Of a stretch of DNA of 64,000 nt, positions 20,347 through 30,254 are shown piece by piece; positions within the stretch are counted from its first letter, which is position 1, and the number at the start of each line of letters is the position of its first letter. The stretch covers positions 1,760,001-1,824,000 of the forward strand of contig CBDDCK010000005.1 in the NCBI GenBank assembly GCA_965225855.1, written 5' to 3'. Origin of the DNA: Spirochaetia bacterium. GTDB lineage: Bacteria; Spirochaetota; Spirochaetia; SP-2023. The notes under the pieces are model-generated. The model did no database searches, was not told the DNA's origin, and saw nothing but the letters and a program-made list of their open reading frames with translations. The position numbers were made by a program, and so were the translations under genes.

Positions 20347-21192
20347 ATGCACCGAATTATAAACCAAAGGAACCAAAGTACTCTAACTGCCATATATCAA
20401 AAACTTATAAAAATAGGATTCCTCGCCGCATTAAATTTAAAACCAGAAAATTTGCATATCATAGCCAGCTCCAAACATAAAACGATAGAATTACAAATTT
20501 GTTGCAATGGCCAAATTTGCCTGCGCCTCCCAAAGCATATATCTCAAAAAGAAATCTGCCAATTTTTAATCAGGAAACGAGATTGGCTGGCAAAACATAC
20601 TCCAAACAATACCCAACAGTTATTGGAAATTAACCAGAAAATCGGTGCTGGGCAGGAATTATTACAGCTACTACAACAAAATTCCCTAAAGATAGGAAAA
20701 CCATTTCTATTCTTAGGAAAGAGTTATATACTACAAACTCATTCTGTAGAAACTTCCAACAGCTTAGAAACAATCCAAAATGATATGCAAGGTCAAATTA
20801 GTTACCCTACCTGCACTGGCAAAAATTTAAAACAAGATTTAGAAAAAGCATTACGCCAAGCAGCACTAAAATTATTCCAAGTTCGTTGCGAGCAATACTA
20901 TGAACAATATTTCAAAAATTTATTGGCACTGCAACCGCTTAAAAAAATCAAAGTACGTAAATACAAAGCCCGCTGGGGTTGCTGTTCCCCAACAGGGGAC
21001 ATTACTTTTAACTGGCAATTAATTTTTGCCCCACTGCAAATTATCGACTATGTGGTGGTACACGAATTAGCCCATCTAATCGAATTTAATCATTCCCAAT
21101 ATTTTTGGGCGCTAGTAGAACAATTTATGCCAGATTATAAAAAATACAAACAATGGCTTAGATACTGTGGACACTACTTACTGCGCTTTTAA
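20347..21192 (+). CDS. YgjP/DUF45 (M48-like) zinc metallohydrolase
   Basis: KARWGCCS, IDYVVVHELAHL, HSQYFW. Start moved to ATG 20347 because the longer ORF overlaps the tRNA. Confidence 0.85.
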   Translation: MHRIINQRNQSTLTAIYQKLIKIGFLAALNLKPENLHIIASSKHKTIELQICCNGQICLRLPKHISQKEICQFLIRKRDWLAKHTPNNTQQLLEINQKIGAGQELLQLLQQNSLKIGKPFLFLGKSYILQTHSVETSNSLETIQNDMQGQISYPTCTGKNLKQDLEKALRQAALKLFQVRCEQYYEQYFKNLLALQPLKKIKVRKYKARWGCCSPTGDITFNWQLIFAPLQIIDYVVVHELAHLIEFNHSQYFWALVEQFMPDYKKYKQWLRYCGHYLLRF

Positions 21193-21505
21193 AATCTGAA
21201 TATCCAAGATTTTCGTTATTGGTTAATTTTATTATTATTTCATCATTTGATTGCCGGTTTGTGCCAATGCCCAAACCAGAAAAAACAAGCTCAATGTAGC
21301 TTTGGTAATAATACCTTATGAGCCACCCAACTCTCAGCCAAAATTATATGATGCAGGACGTGATAACTTTGTGCCATCGGACGTGATAACTCGATTTTTT
21401 CTCCATACCAAGGCTATACCTTGGTAAAAGCAACCTTGATAAAAAACTTACCAAGGCTGCAATAGGCCAATGCAAGCATTACTTACAGAAACAACCAAAT
21501 CTTAC

Positions 21506-23578
21506 TTACCAACTTGTAACTTGAATACTAGTGGTTAGGTCTTCTGGACTACCAGGTACAAATTCTGCTGCTGCTTCAAAGTTATATGCACCAAACTCAT
21601 CACTTTTACCAACCTTAACCAGTATCTTCTCGGCTTCGGCTTTTACACTACCGCTTAAAGTAATCAATAAGCTTGTTTCACTTGCACTAGAACCTGTGGC
21701 TCTGTTTACACCTACAGTTGAGTGCTGGGGTAATGTGAATCTCTTACTACCATCACCGGATACAAGCGTCAATTTGCTAAAGTCCCAGTCTGCAACTGTT
21801 TCCGGTAACTTAGCACCTAAAATCTGTAACAAGCTTCTCTTAGTATAGTAGTATACGGTGTTGATCTGGCTTACGTACCCACTAACGGTAATAGGGTTGG
21901 TTGGGTCTTCAGCGCTACCACCTACAAAGCCTGCTACTGCTTCCAGGTTATATGCACCGTTAGCATCACGAACACCAGCCTTAACCAGTATCTTCTCGGC
22001 TTCCGCTTTTACACTACCGCTTAAAGTAATACTTAAGTAGGTTGTACCTGCACGAGAACCTGTGGCTGTGTTTTCACCTGCAGTTGTGTGCTGGGGTAAT
22101 GGGTATCTCTTACTACCATCACCGGATACAAGTGTCAATTTGCTAAAGTCCCATCCTGCAACTGCTCTCGGTAACTTGATACCTGTAATATATAACTCGC
22201 CTGTATTAGCATCGTAGGTTGCTTTGTCGATGCTGGCTACATACCCCCTAACGGTAATAGGATTGGTTGTGTCTTCTGCGCTACCACCTGCAAAGCCTGC
22301 TGCTGCTTCAAGGTTGTATGCACCATTAGCATCACGAACACCATCATTAACCAGTATAGCATTGGCTTTGGCTTTTACACTACCGACTAAAGTAATCTTT
22401 AAGAATGTTGCACTTGCTTGAGAACCTATGGCTCTGTTTCTATTTTCAGCAAGACCTATGGCTGTGTTTTCTTTCCGGGGTAATGTGAATCTCTTAGTAC
22501 CATCACCGGATACAAGCGTCAATTTCCTAAAGTCCCATTCTGCAACTGTTTTCGGTAAACGGCTACCACTAATATATAACACGCCTATACCAACATCATA
22601 GGTTGCACTGGTAATTGCGGGTGGGTGTCCACTAACGGCCAAGGCTTTGGCTGTATTTAAACCCGCCCAAGTACCAGTGCCAACGCTAAGCAACCCATCT
22701 TTTAGACCATTGCTATCCATACCTGTCTTGCCATTCAGAGTAGCTTTATGTTGATCGGTAAGGTAAAGCCAAAGCGCTGTGCCAGCGCTATGCAGGCGGT
22801 ACTTACCTTTTGCAAGACCGCGACTATCTGACCCAGTGGCATCGTCATCTGCAGTATAGGAACTTAAGGCTACGCCATCTACCGTGATGGTTTGGATTTG
22901 GGCTTGGGTCGCACTAGCTAAGTGAGTACCTTGTACAGTTAGCAGAGCCGTGCCAACATGGTAGCTTGCACCGGTAATTGCAGCTTCAGGCGACTGATCT
23001 TCAGCTTGTTCGGCTTTAGGTTGCTTAGGCGACTGCTCTTCGGCTTGTTCAGCTTGTTCAGCTTTAGGTTGCTTAGGCAACTGCTCTTCGGCTTGTTCAG
23101 CTTGTTTGGCTTGCTTAGATGGCTTATCGGGTATATTGCTAACGGTTAAGTCTTTGGCTGTATCTAAACCCGCCCAAGCACCAGAGCTAGTAAGCAACCC
23201 TTTTTTTAGACCATTGCTACCCACCTTGGCCTCAAGAGCAGCTTTATGTTCATCTTTAAGTTTCAGCCAAAGCTTTGTGCCATCGGTTGCAATACGGTAC
23301 TTACCTTTTGCAAGATCGCTACTATCTGGCCCAGTGGCTGGGTCATCTGCAGTATAGGAACTGAAGGCTACGCCATCTACTACGATGGTTTGGATTTGCG
23401 CTTCTGTAGGACTTAAGTCAGTACCTTGTACGGTTAACAGCGCCGTAGCAAAGTCGTAGCTTGCACTGGTGATTGCAGGCCCAGAAGATCGATCATCGTC
23501 ATCGGGTGGGGCGCAGGCCAAGGCCATAAAGGCCAGTAGCAATGCTAATGGCAATAAAAATAGTTTGTGCTTATACAT
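21506..23578 (-). CDS. Repetitive surface lipoprotein with tandem beta-rich (Ig-like) domains
   Basis: Start MYKHK after GGAGG; lipobox MALAC; two ~120-aa type-A repeats separated by a Q/A/E/P linker; three ~120-aa type-B repeats (WDFSKLTLVSGDG). Confidence 0.75.
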   Translation of the reverse strand: MYKHKLFLLPLALLLAFMALACAPPDDDDRSSGPAITSASYDFATALLTVQGTDLSPTEAQIQTIVVDGVAFSSYTADDPATGPDSSDLAKGKYRIATDGTKLWLKLKDEHKAALEAKVGSNGLKKGLLTSSGAWAGLDTAKDLTVSNIPDKPSKQAKQAEQAEEQLPKQPKAEQAEQAEEQSPKQPKAEQAEDQSPEAAITGASYHVGTALLTVQGTHLASATQAQIQTITVDGVALSSYTADDDATGSDSRGLAKGKYRLHSAGTALWLYLTDQHKATLNGKTGMDSNGLKDGLLSVGTGTWAGLNTAKALAVSGHPPAITSATYDVGIGVLYISGSRLPKTVAEWDFRKLTLVSGDGTKRFTLPRKENTAIGLAENRNRAIGSQASATFLKITLVGSVKAKANAILVNDGVRDANGAYNLEAAAGFAGGSAEDTTNPITVRGYVASIDKATYDANTGELYITGIKLPRAVAGWDFSKLTLVSGDGSKRYPLPQHTTAGENTATGSRAGTTYLSITLSGSVKAEAEKILVKAGVRDANGAYNLEAVAGFVGGSAEDPTNPITVSGYVSQINTVYYYTKRSLLQILGAKLPETVADWDFSKLTLVSGDGSKRFTLPQHSTVGVNRATGSSASETSLLITLSGSVKAEAEKILVKVGKSDEFGAYNFEAAAEFVPGSPEDLTTSIQVTSW

Positions 23579-23789
23579 AAGCAATACCTCCAACAATGGA
23601 TAAAGATTAACCAACCCATACGGGCTAGTGTGTAAATCCCTATTTTGCTAGGGGGGGTGTTGCGTCAAGGTCTATATAAGCTTTTTGTAAGTTTTCTTGT
23701 GTTTTTTTAGTGTTGTAAGGTGGTTAAAAATCAATGCCAATCAAAAGTCTTGGGTGGGGTGGGGTGTTGGCCTTTGTTTGGCCTTTGGG

Positions 23790-23961
23790 GGGTGGGAAAG
23801 TGTAGAATTGAATAAAATACTTGATTACACCTTGATTACACCTTGATTACACTATGGGGCAATCTCCAAAAGGTGAAACATTTAATGAAAATGAAAACGG
23901 GATATTATTCTTTCAGGGGCGTTCAGAATTTGGGCGACGATTGCCGATGATTGTTGTATAG
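23790..23961 (+). pseudogene. Type I R-M specificity subunit (HsdS) fragment
   Basis: GWESVELNKILDY(T)MGQSPKGETFNENENGILFFQGRSEFGRRLP; frame broken by a triplicated 11-mer. Confidence 0.72.
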
Positions 23962-24007
23962 GTCCTTGATTATGTGCCGATGTAGAAAATTTCATTAAAG
24001 ACTAGGG

Positions 24008-24169
24008 TATCAATAGGTGGGAGGTAATTCTATCAATAGATTTAGGTCAATTCTATCAATAGGTGGGAGGTAATTCTATTAATAGATTTGGGTCGATTCT
24101 ATCAATAGGTGCGAGGTAAATCTATTAATAGAATTAGGTCGATTCTATTAGATAGGTGGGAGGTAATTT
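24008..24169. repeat. Tandem array of seven 23-bp units alternating A/B (46-bp period)
   Basis: A=TATCAATAGGTGGGAGGTAATTC, B=TATYAATAGATTTAGGTCRATTC, order ABABABA. Confidence 0.9.
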
Positions 24170-24408
24170 TATGGGTAGAGGGGGCTGGAATATTTATTTA
24201 TCGGTATTGTTCTGCTTTAGCCTTAGCTAAAATTTCTTTTACCAGCCTATCATTAATAATAGTTTGGCTATGTTTTAGGCTTTTTTTATCTGAAGCCCTT
24301 TGGCCTTTACCTTGCGGCTCTTCTGGGTATTTAGTCGGGGCTCTTCACGCAAACAATTTTGGCCATACAGTGTCGATCGGGTTTGTTGGAAAATCCCCAG
24401 GTTGCAAA

Positions 24409-24452
24409 TCAAAAAGCTAGTAAGGTTTTCAGAAACCTTACTAGCTTTTTGA
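24409..24452. repeat. Perfect 20-bp inverted repeat (REP-like element or bidirectional terminator)
   Basis: TCAAAAAGCTAGTAAGGTTT-TCAG-AAACCTTACTAGCTTTTTGA. Confidence 0.85.
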
Positions 24453-24811
24453 GACCGTGGCCCGTTACCATGATATTTTGAAAGCATATTGTTGCCCAAT
24501 TACTGCCGACAATGACCCATATGCCGAAAAACAAAAATTTTTTACTTGTTCCATTTGTGGATTCAGCCGAAAGGCATAAAAAAAGCGGTGCATGGTTTGG
24601 TTATCCTAGCAACGCTTTGGCTTTTTGAAGTTTTGAGCGTTTTTGCTCTGGTTTGGTGTTAAAAATGGATTCTGGCTTTTTCTCGTGCAATGAAAATTTT
24701 TTTACTTTTTTATTTTGGTTTTACTTTTTTATTTTGGAAAGTAAGCCAATTTTACCTTCCCATTTGTTCCAAAAAATTCCGAGTTATCACCTCTTATCCC
24801 GTTAAGTTATC

Positions 24812-25216
24812 ATGTCCTCTTTCAATTATATGAAAACTACCGCATATTGCGCAAACAGCTTCGCCGTAAAGCAAAAGGCCGTCCCTATCAAACTACATTT
24901 TATCTATTGGGACAAATTCCAACAGCGCAAAAATTTTTACGATGCAGTAATTTATATTTTATTAAATTACGCTTTTCCTCAACGCAGCCCGTTGAAAATT
25001 TTGAAAGCTCCCGTGTGCGATCAATTTAGTGGACCACACCGTCTACTCTGGTTTTTGTTTGAGCAACCCGCTGAACTGAATAGTTTCCGGCTACTCTATC
25101 CAAGAGAGCAAAGAGGCTCAAATGTCCCAAATCAATTATATTTATCAAGTAATATCAGCCCTTTGGCCTTGCGCCGATTTTTTGAGATAAGACTATATCC
25201 TTTCTCTTGCGCTTGA
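24812..25216 (+). CDS. Hypothetical protein
   Basis: 134-aa ORF immediately upstream of and co-oriented with 25230; no recognised motif. Confidence 0.45.
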   Translation: MSSFNYMKTTAYCANSFAVKQKAVPIKLHFIYWDKFQQRKNFYDAVIYILLNYAFPQRSPLKILKAPVCDQFSGPHRLLWFLFEQPAELNSFRLLYPREQRGSNVPNQLYLSSNISPLALRRFFEIRLYPFSCA

Positions 25217-25229
25217 AGGAGCTATATTT

Positions 25230-26225
25230 TTGATTCCGTTTGCCTTGGAAACCTTGCCTTTGCATTACACTGGAGTGCCACAAAAACTGAAACACAGTGC
25301 ATTATCCTTCCTAAATACTCCCGCTATTTTCCCTGCAGTCTTCCCTAAAAAATCAACTTTGGTTTTTTGGCATCGCCGTAGGCTCTGCTACAGTTGCCGC
25401 CTATTAGGCCTGCCTAATCCGCCTGTATCTCTATGGGAAACACTAGATGCATTGCGAATGCAATTACCTACTTCTACTCAATTTATCTATAGCTTACGCT
25501 ATTTTGGCACTGCTGAAATAAGAAAAATTTGGCAAGATCAAAATTCTATGAATTTACAACAAGGCCCAAAATCTCAAGTAGACTTAGTAGCGAAAGGTAA
25601 AACTTGGCTACTATTAAGGCGCAAAAATCTTTATAACTTTGATTCTTCAAATACTACCAATCATTTACCTGTGTGGGCTAGCTTGAAGCGTGTTGCTCTT
25701 GCGCCATTGAATTTAGCATGCCACCAGCCAACTTTATGGCGGGTTAAATGCCATTGGCAAGTACAACTGGTTGAAAAACTCCGCACATTGCAACAGCAAA
25801 CGGATTATGCCACCTGCGAAGATATACTGCGACTTTGCCCTGAAAATTTCGTGCTGGAAGGTATAAAGACCAATTTCTTTCTTCTAAAGAATCAAAGACA
25901 GCGATGGCATTTATCTACACCATGCAATAACAATACAGCAAATCCATTACTTTGTGGTACCACGCGCAACTGGTTGTGCCATAATGCCACAAAGCTAAAT
26001 TTAAGCCTAACTTTGAAACAACAAAACATAAGCATACACAATATGGTAGAGGCCGATGGCTTGCTGGTTTGCAATGCTGCTATGGGTTTGCGCCTTGTGC
26101 ATGAACTAAAGCTATTCCCCTGTTATAGCCGATCAACCAATTGTTATATACATCAATACCAATATGAAAACCTAGGTTCTGCCATTCGCCAACTGCTAGC
26201 CATGTACTGGCTAGCTCCCTTTTAA
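25230..26225 (+). CDS. Class IV aminotransferase / PabC-like PLP-dependent protein (divergent)
   Basis: VLEGIKTNFF, LLCGTTRNWL, EADGLLVCNAAMG. Confidence 0.65.
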   Translation: MIPFALETLPLHYTGVPQKLKHSALSFLNTPAIFPAVFPKKSTLVFWHRRRLCYSCRLLGLPNPPVSLWETLDALRMQLPTSTQFIYSLRYFGTAEIRKIWQDQNSMNLQQGPKSQVDLVAKGKTWLLLRRKNLYNFDSSNTTNHLPVWASLKRVALAPLNLACHQPTLWRVKCHWQVQLVEKLRTLQQQTDYATCEDILRLCPENFVLEGIKTNFFLLKNQRQRWHLSTPCNNNTANPLLCGTTRNWLCHNATKLNLSLTLKQQNISIHNMVEADGLLVCNAAMGLRLVHELKLFPCYSRSTNCYIHQYQYENLGSAIRQLLAMYWLAPF

Positions 26226-26311
26226 AATACGTTTTTAGTTGCATAGCTGGATTTTACATCTTTTAATACTTAAATGGTTTCAAAAAACTTAAATGGTTTC
26301 AAAAAAATATT

Positions 26312-26902
26312 TTAACGATAGTCATAGAGAAACAATTCTACAATAATAACATCTGTTATTCTAGCTTCATCGTTGGGGTCTGGGGCTATCATTTTGTTGA
26401 TTAAGCTCAAAATATCGTTTTCAATTTCTTGGCGATTATCCAAATTACCTAGATACACTTTTGTTTTGGTAGCCATATCTTGGCGTATTTCTCCAGCAAT
26501 TTTTATTCCAAATTTACTTAACTTCTCCAAAGTTTTTACATCACCCACCTTATAACCTAAATCTATTTTCAAATTAAAAATCAAATTTTCTCGATCATTG
26601 GTTACCCCACTCATACGTGGAACTTTCTCATAATACTGATAAACAGGCATATCGCTATTAAATTTTGAAAGCGGATCATTTTCAAGTGTTTTTTCTGTAG
26701 AGTCTGTGAGAATATTTTCGTTTGCTTGTTCATTTTTATTTTTGGCAGAGCAAGCAAAAGTTAATATACCCAAAAATAACAACACAATTTTACCTTTATC
26801 CACTATAGCCATCAATTCTCCTAAACTCTTACTATAAATTTCCAAGAGTTTTTTAGTATTATTTATTATAAAATTTAAGTAAAATAAAAAGTTTAAGCAC
26901 AA
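26312..26902 (-). CDS. FliL-like flagellar basal-body-associated lipoprotein
   Basis: Lipobox TFAC; LKIDLGY...IRQ...INKMI...ITDVII pattern. Likely start is MAIVDK (~26812). Confidence 0.55.
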   Translation of the reverse strand: MCLNFLFYLNFIINNTKKLLEIYSKSLGELMAIVDKGKIVLLFLGILTFACSAKNKNEQANENILTDSTEKTLENDPLSKFNSDMPVYQYYEKVPRMSGVTNDRENLIFNLKIDLGYKVGDVKTLEKLSKFGIKIAGEIRQDMATKTKVYLGNLDNRQEIENDILSLINKMIAPDPNDEARITDVIIVELFLYDYR

Positions 26903-28821
26903 GTTTTAGCTGCGTAAAAACGGTTGTAACAAGCAATCACAGCTAAAAAATTCGCCATAGTTGTGTCTGTATCACGGCCAATTCCCCAAAATAAATGACG
27001 CTCATCTTGATGTTCCAAAGCGACAAAAGTGCAAGCCTCACTATCCTCGCCAGATTGTACCGCCTGTTCACTGTACGAAGACAGTTTCAGCTTAGCTGCG
27101 TGTGGTAATTCTTCTTTCATACAATGAAGCAAAGCATCTATCGGGCCGTTACCTACACCGCGGAGCTGGTTCTGTTGTGAAAATGCAATAAAATCAGCAT
27201 TAAAGCCAAAGCGAAATAAACATTCTGTATGTTGTTTTTCCATATTGTAGTTGCTTTGGTAACTAAGAATGCGCAAGGGCTCACTAATATTTACATAAAG
27301 ATTATGGAAATGTTGGTATACCTCGCTTTTTTTCAATTCTCGCCCTAATGCGTCCATAACCTTGGTAAAATCTCTGCTCAATTCTGGCCCCATCAGTTTC
27401 GGTATAATAATGCCAAATTCAGCCTGTAAAATATAAGCTAAACCACCTTTACCACTTTGGCTATTGACTCGGATAATATCACTGTAAGAGCGCCCTAAAT
27501 CATGCGGGTCTATAGGTAAGTACGGCACGTCCCAAGGGATAGAATTTTCCAGCAGTGAATGTAGCGGATTTACCTCGGTTTCTACAATTTCATTTTTTTG
27601 CAGCCAATAATCTCTACACAAATCTTGAACAGCTAAGCTACGCTGATCATCTATGGAAACCGAAGGGGGCCAGATTTCATTGCTCAACTGGCGCACATGC
27701 TCACTGAAATCCGATACTTTGCCACTAATTTTTCGTTCTAAATTTCGGTATTCATCTAACACCAAAATTTTGTTTATTAAATGTTTACGTTTATCTAGGC
27801 CTTTTTTTATGGCATCTTGATGGCTACCCGAAAAAGCTGTAAAGACTAAATCCCCTGCATAAGGGTGACGTGCTGGAACAGACAAACGAGTAAATTGTTC
27901 ATACATTTCCACAATGCTTTGAAGGTTTGAAAAATCCAGCCCCGAAACCAGCCCATGGCTATCACAATTTAAGGCTAAAGTCAATAAATCGACATTACCG
28001 GTTCGCTCACCGTTGCCAAATAATGTACCTTCAATACGATTGGCACCCGCTAGTATTCCCAATTCGGCTGCGGCAACACCACAACCTCGGTCATTATGGG
28101 TATGGACACTGATACAGGTTTGCTCGGTATAAGCAAATTCACGGCAAAATAATTCTATTTGATCGGCGTAGATGTGAGGCCCAAATAGCTCCACAGTTGC
28201 CGGTAAATTGATAATTAAAGGCAAGCCACTTTTATACCATTCTTCTGCTACAGCATTACAAATTTCTATAGCAACGCGACTTTCTGTTCCCGTAAAACTT
28301 TCGGGCGAATACTCTAAAGTAATTTTGGTCCCATTGGCCGGTAAGTAAGCTAAGCCGTCCATCACCATTTTCACCCCATCTACAGCAATTTGGCGGATTT
28401 CCCGAATATTCTTACTAAAAGTAATACGCCGTTGTTGTTCTGAAGTAGAATTATATAAATGTAATATAGCTTTTGGCACAGACTCTAAAGATTTTATCGT
28501 TTTATCAATCAAATGCTTGCGGGCCTGGGTCAGCACTTGGACTTGGCAATCTGCAGGAATTTGTTGATACTCGACAAGATGCCGCAAAAAGTTATATTCT
28601 GTTTGCGAAGCTGCCGGAAAACCCACTTCAATTTCACGGAATCCAACAGCATATAATTTATCAAAAAATAAACTTTTCTCTTCTACTCCCATCGGTGATG
28701 GCAAAGCTTGGTTACCATCGCGTAAATCTACACTACACCAACGGGGAGCATTTTGTAAAATTTTGTCCGGCCAAGTTCTATTTGTTAATGAAATGGGGCG
28801 ATAAGTTTGATATTTTGCCAT
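26893..28821 (-). CDS. leuA: 2-isopropylmalate synthase (yeast/Mycobacterium type)
   Basis: WCSVDLRDGNQAL, HTHNDRG, GNGERTGN, FSGSHQDAI, IRVNSQSGKGG. Confidence 0.95.
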   Translation of the reverse strand: MAKYQTYRPISLTNRTWPDKILQNAPRWCSVDLRDGNQALPSPMGVEEKSLFFDKLYAVGFREIEVGFPAASQTEYNFLRHLVEYQQIPADCQVQVLTQARKHLIDKTIKSLESVPKAILHLYNSTSEQQRRITFSKNIREIRQIAVDGVKMVMDGLAYLPANGTKITLEYSPESFTGTESRVAIEICNAVAEEWYKSGLPLIINLPATVELFGPHIYADQIELFCREFAYTEQTCISVHTHNDRGCGVAAAELGILAGANRIEGTLFGNGERTGNVDLLTLALNCDSHGLVSGLDFSNLQSIVEMYEQFTRLSVPARHPYAGDLVFTAFSGSHQDAIKKGLDKRKHLINKILVLDEYRNLERKISGKVSDFSEHVRQLSNEIWPPSVSIDDQRSLAVQDLCRDYWLQKNEIVETEVNPLHSLLENSIPWDVPYLPIDPHDLGRSYSDIIRVNSQSGKGGLAYILQAEFGIIIPKLMGPELSRDFTKVMDALGRELKKSEVYQHFHNLYVNISEPLRILSYQSNYNMEKQHTECLFRFGFNADFIAFSQQNQLRGVGNGPIDALLHCMKEELPHAAKLKLSSYSEQAVQSGEDSEACTFVALEHQDERHLFWGIGRDTDTTMANFLAVIACYNRFYAAKTCA

Positions 28822-28945
28822 AATTAACCATATTAAAGAGCTGAAAAAGAAAAGTAAAGATAGACTTGAGTATTTACTTTTAAGCTGAAAACAGCAATAT
28901 CAGTTTTAAAGAAAACGATGGATATTAAATTTAAGGAAAGTTTGA

Positions 28946-29338
28946 ATGAAAGCCCTAACAATATTACTGAATATAGTTTTGATAACGCTATCTATAATTT
29001 CTTGTACAAATTCTAGGGTGGTCTCTTACAATTTATCTAAGGACGCAGAACAGTTTAAAATTAATCGGAGAATTGTATTCTACAATGGTATTACGGACAA
29101 TTATATGCTTACTATTACCGGTCTATGTGCTATCAAAAAAGATAGAAAAGATAATCAACTAGAAGTTACTTGTAAAACAGGCCCAGATGCTTATAAAAAG
29201 CATTTCTTAGGTATATCGGATAACGTAACTTATTTTGTTGAACAATTAGAATACAGCAAGGTAGATATATATCATTACAAAGTGATATTTAAACCACAGT
29301 TGATAATACCAAATATTGAGTTAAGCACAGAATACTAA
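28946..29338 (+). CDS. Small lipoprotein of a family often seen in phages/prophages
   Basis: Lipobox IISC; SYNLSKDAEQFKINRRIVFYNGITD...TCKTGPDAYKKHFLGISDNVTYFVEQL. Confidence 0.6.
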   Translation: MKALTILLNIVLITLSIISCTNSRVVSYNLSKDAEQFKINRRIVFYNGITDNYMLTITGLCAIKKDRKDNQLEVTCKTGPDAYKKHFLGISDNVTYFVEQLEYSKVDIYHYKVIFKPQLIIPNIELSTEY

Positions 29339-29398
29339 TTTCATAAAACAACGACTACATGCTATAAACCCAGAATATATCTGAACACTCTTATTATT

Positions 29399-29469
29399 AG
29401 CGACTGGCGGGAATCGAACCCGCGTCATTAGCTTGGAAGGCTAAGGTAATACCATTATACCACAGTCGC
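29399..29469 (-). tRNA. tRNA-Gly(TCC)
   Basis: GCGACTGTGGTATAATGG...CTTCCAA...GGTTCGATTCCCGCCAGTCGCT; upstream TTGACA-N16-TATAAT (29511-29484). Confidence 0.96.
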
Positions 29470-29719
29470 AAACGCTGGAGTATATTATATAGATTTTTTA
29501 TTTTGTGTCAACACGCGAGCGATTTTTGTATCGAGTAGTGGATATTTTATCGTATTCAATTTTGTCTATTGTGGTTGTAATTATATATTATATATCTTTT
29601 TATTAGAAGAAATTTGAAAAAGGGCCTTGTTAGCATAAAACCAACTTTTCAACGCTTATGGCTAAATTCTAGTGACAATTATTACAAGGTTCTTACAATA
29701 GATATTGTAAGGATGGAAA

Positions 29720-29894
29720 AACAAAGCAATTGGCAAGTAATTGCCAATATTTCATTTGTGGGCTTACTCGAGGATTTTGAAGGTGCAATCTTAGTGGCCA
29801 ACGCTTGGGTTATGAGCTTTATTATTCTACCAAGGAAGAGATGTTTTAATGTCCCTCTGTCTTTAACCAAGATATAAGTGCTTGGAATACTTCT
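29720..29894 (+). pseudogene. DUF285/BspA-type repeat remnant
   Basis: MF*CPSVFNQDISAWNTS (29841-29894) matches the FNQDISxWNTS repeat; degenerate SNWQV..FEGA upstream in another frame. Confidence 0.55.
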
Positions 29895-30254
29895 TGCACT
29901 TATTATTGTGTTGGATTCATCAATAGAGCTTGGGCATTACATCATGCAATTATTCCTAAGTTTAGTAACTGTTGGTTCTAATTAAAGTCAGCTAACTACA
30001 GCATAACAAAGCTTTTTCGCAAAATAAAAGCTGGGGAAGCGTTTTGTTATATAAAACCAATTTTCAGTTAAAGGCTATACCAACATACACAATAGTGCTA
30101 GTGCACTCTGCAACCAATCGGTAATATGGCTTGGTGGCAAAGGCTTTTACTTTTTAGTGGTTTAGGCTACTTGTAAGTACATTGATTTTGTTATATGATT
30201 TATTGCCTTTCCATAAAACAGGTTCGATAGAATTCCAATGTAAAAATAAAATTT

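Noticed and set aside
24008..24169. CRISPR array call for the 23-bp repeats
   Set aside because: Intervening sequences alternate between two types instead of being unique spacers; reported as a repeat only
24109..24720. Short ORFs (24109-24420, 24275-24499) and a CSICGF zinc-ribbon-like fragment near 24545
   Set aside because: They run through repeats and a hairpin, lack an RBS or family signature, and the fragment is too short to assign to TnpB or a transposase
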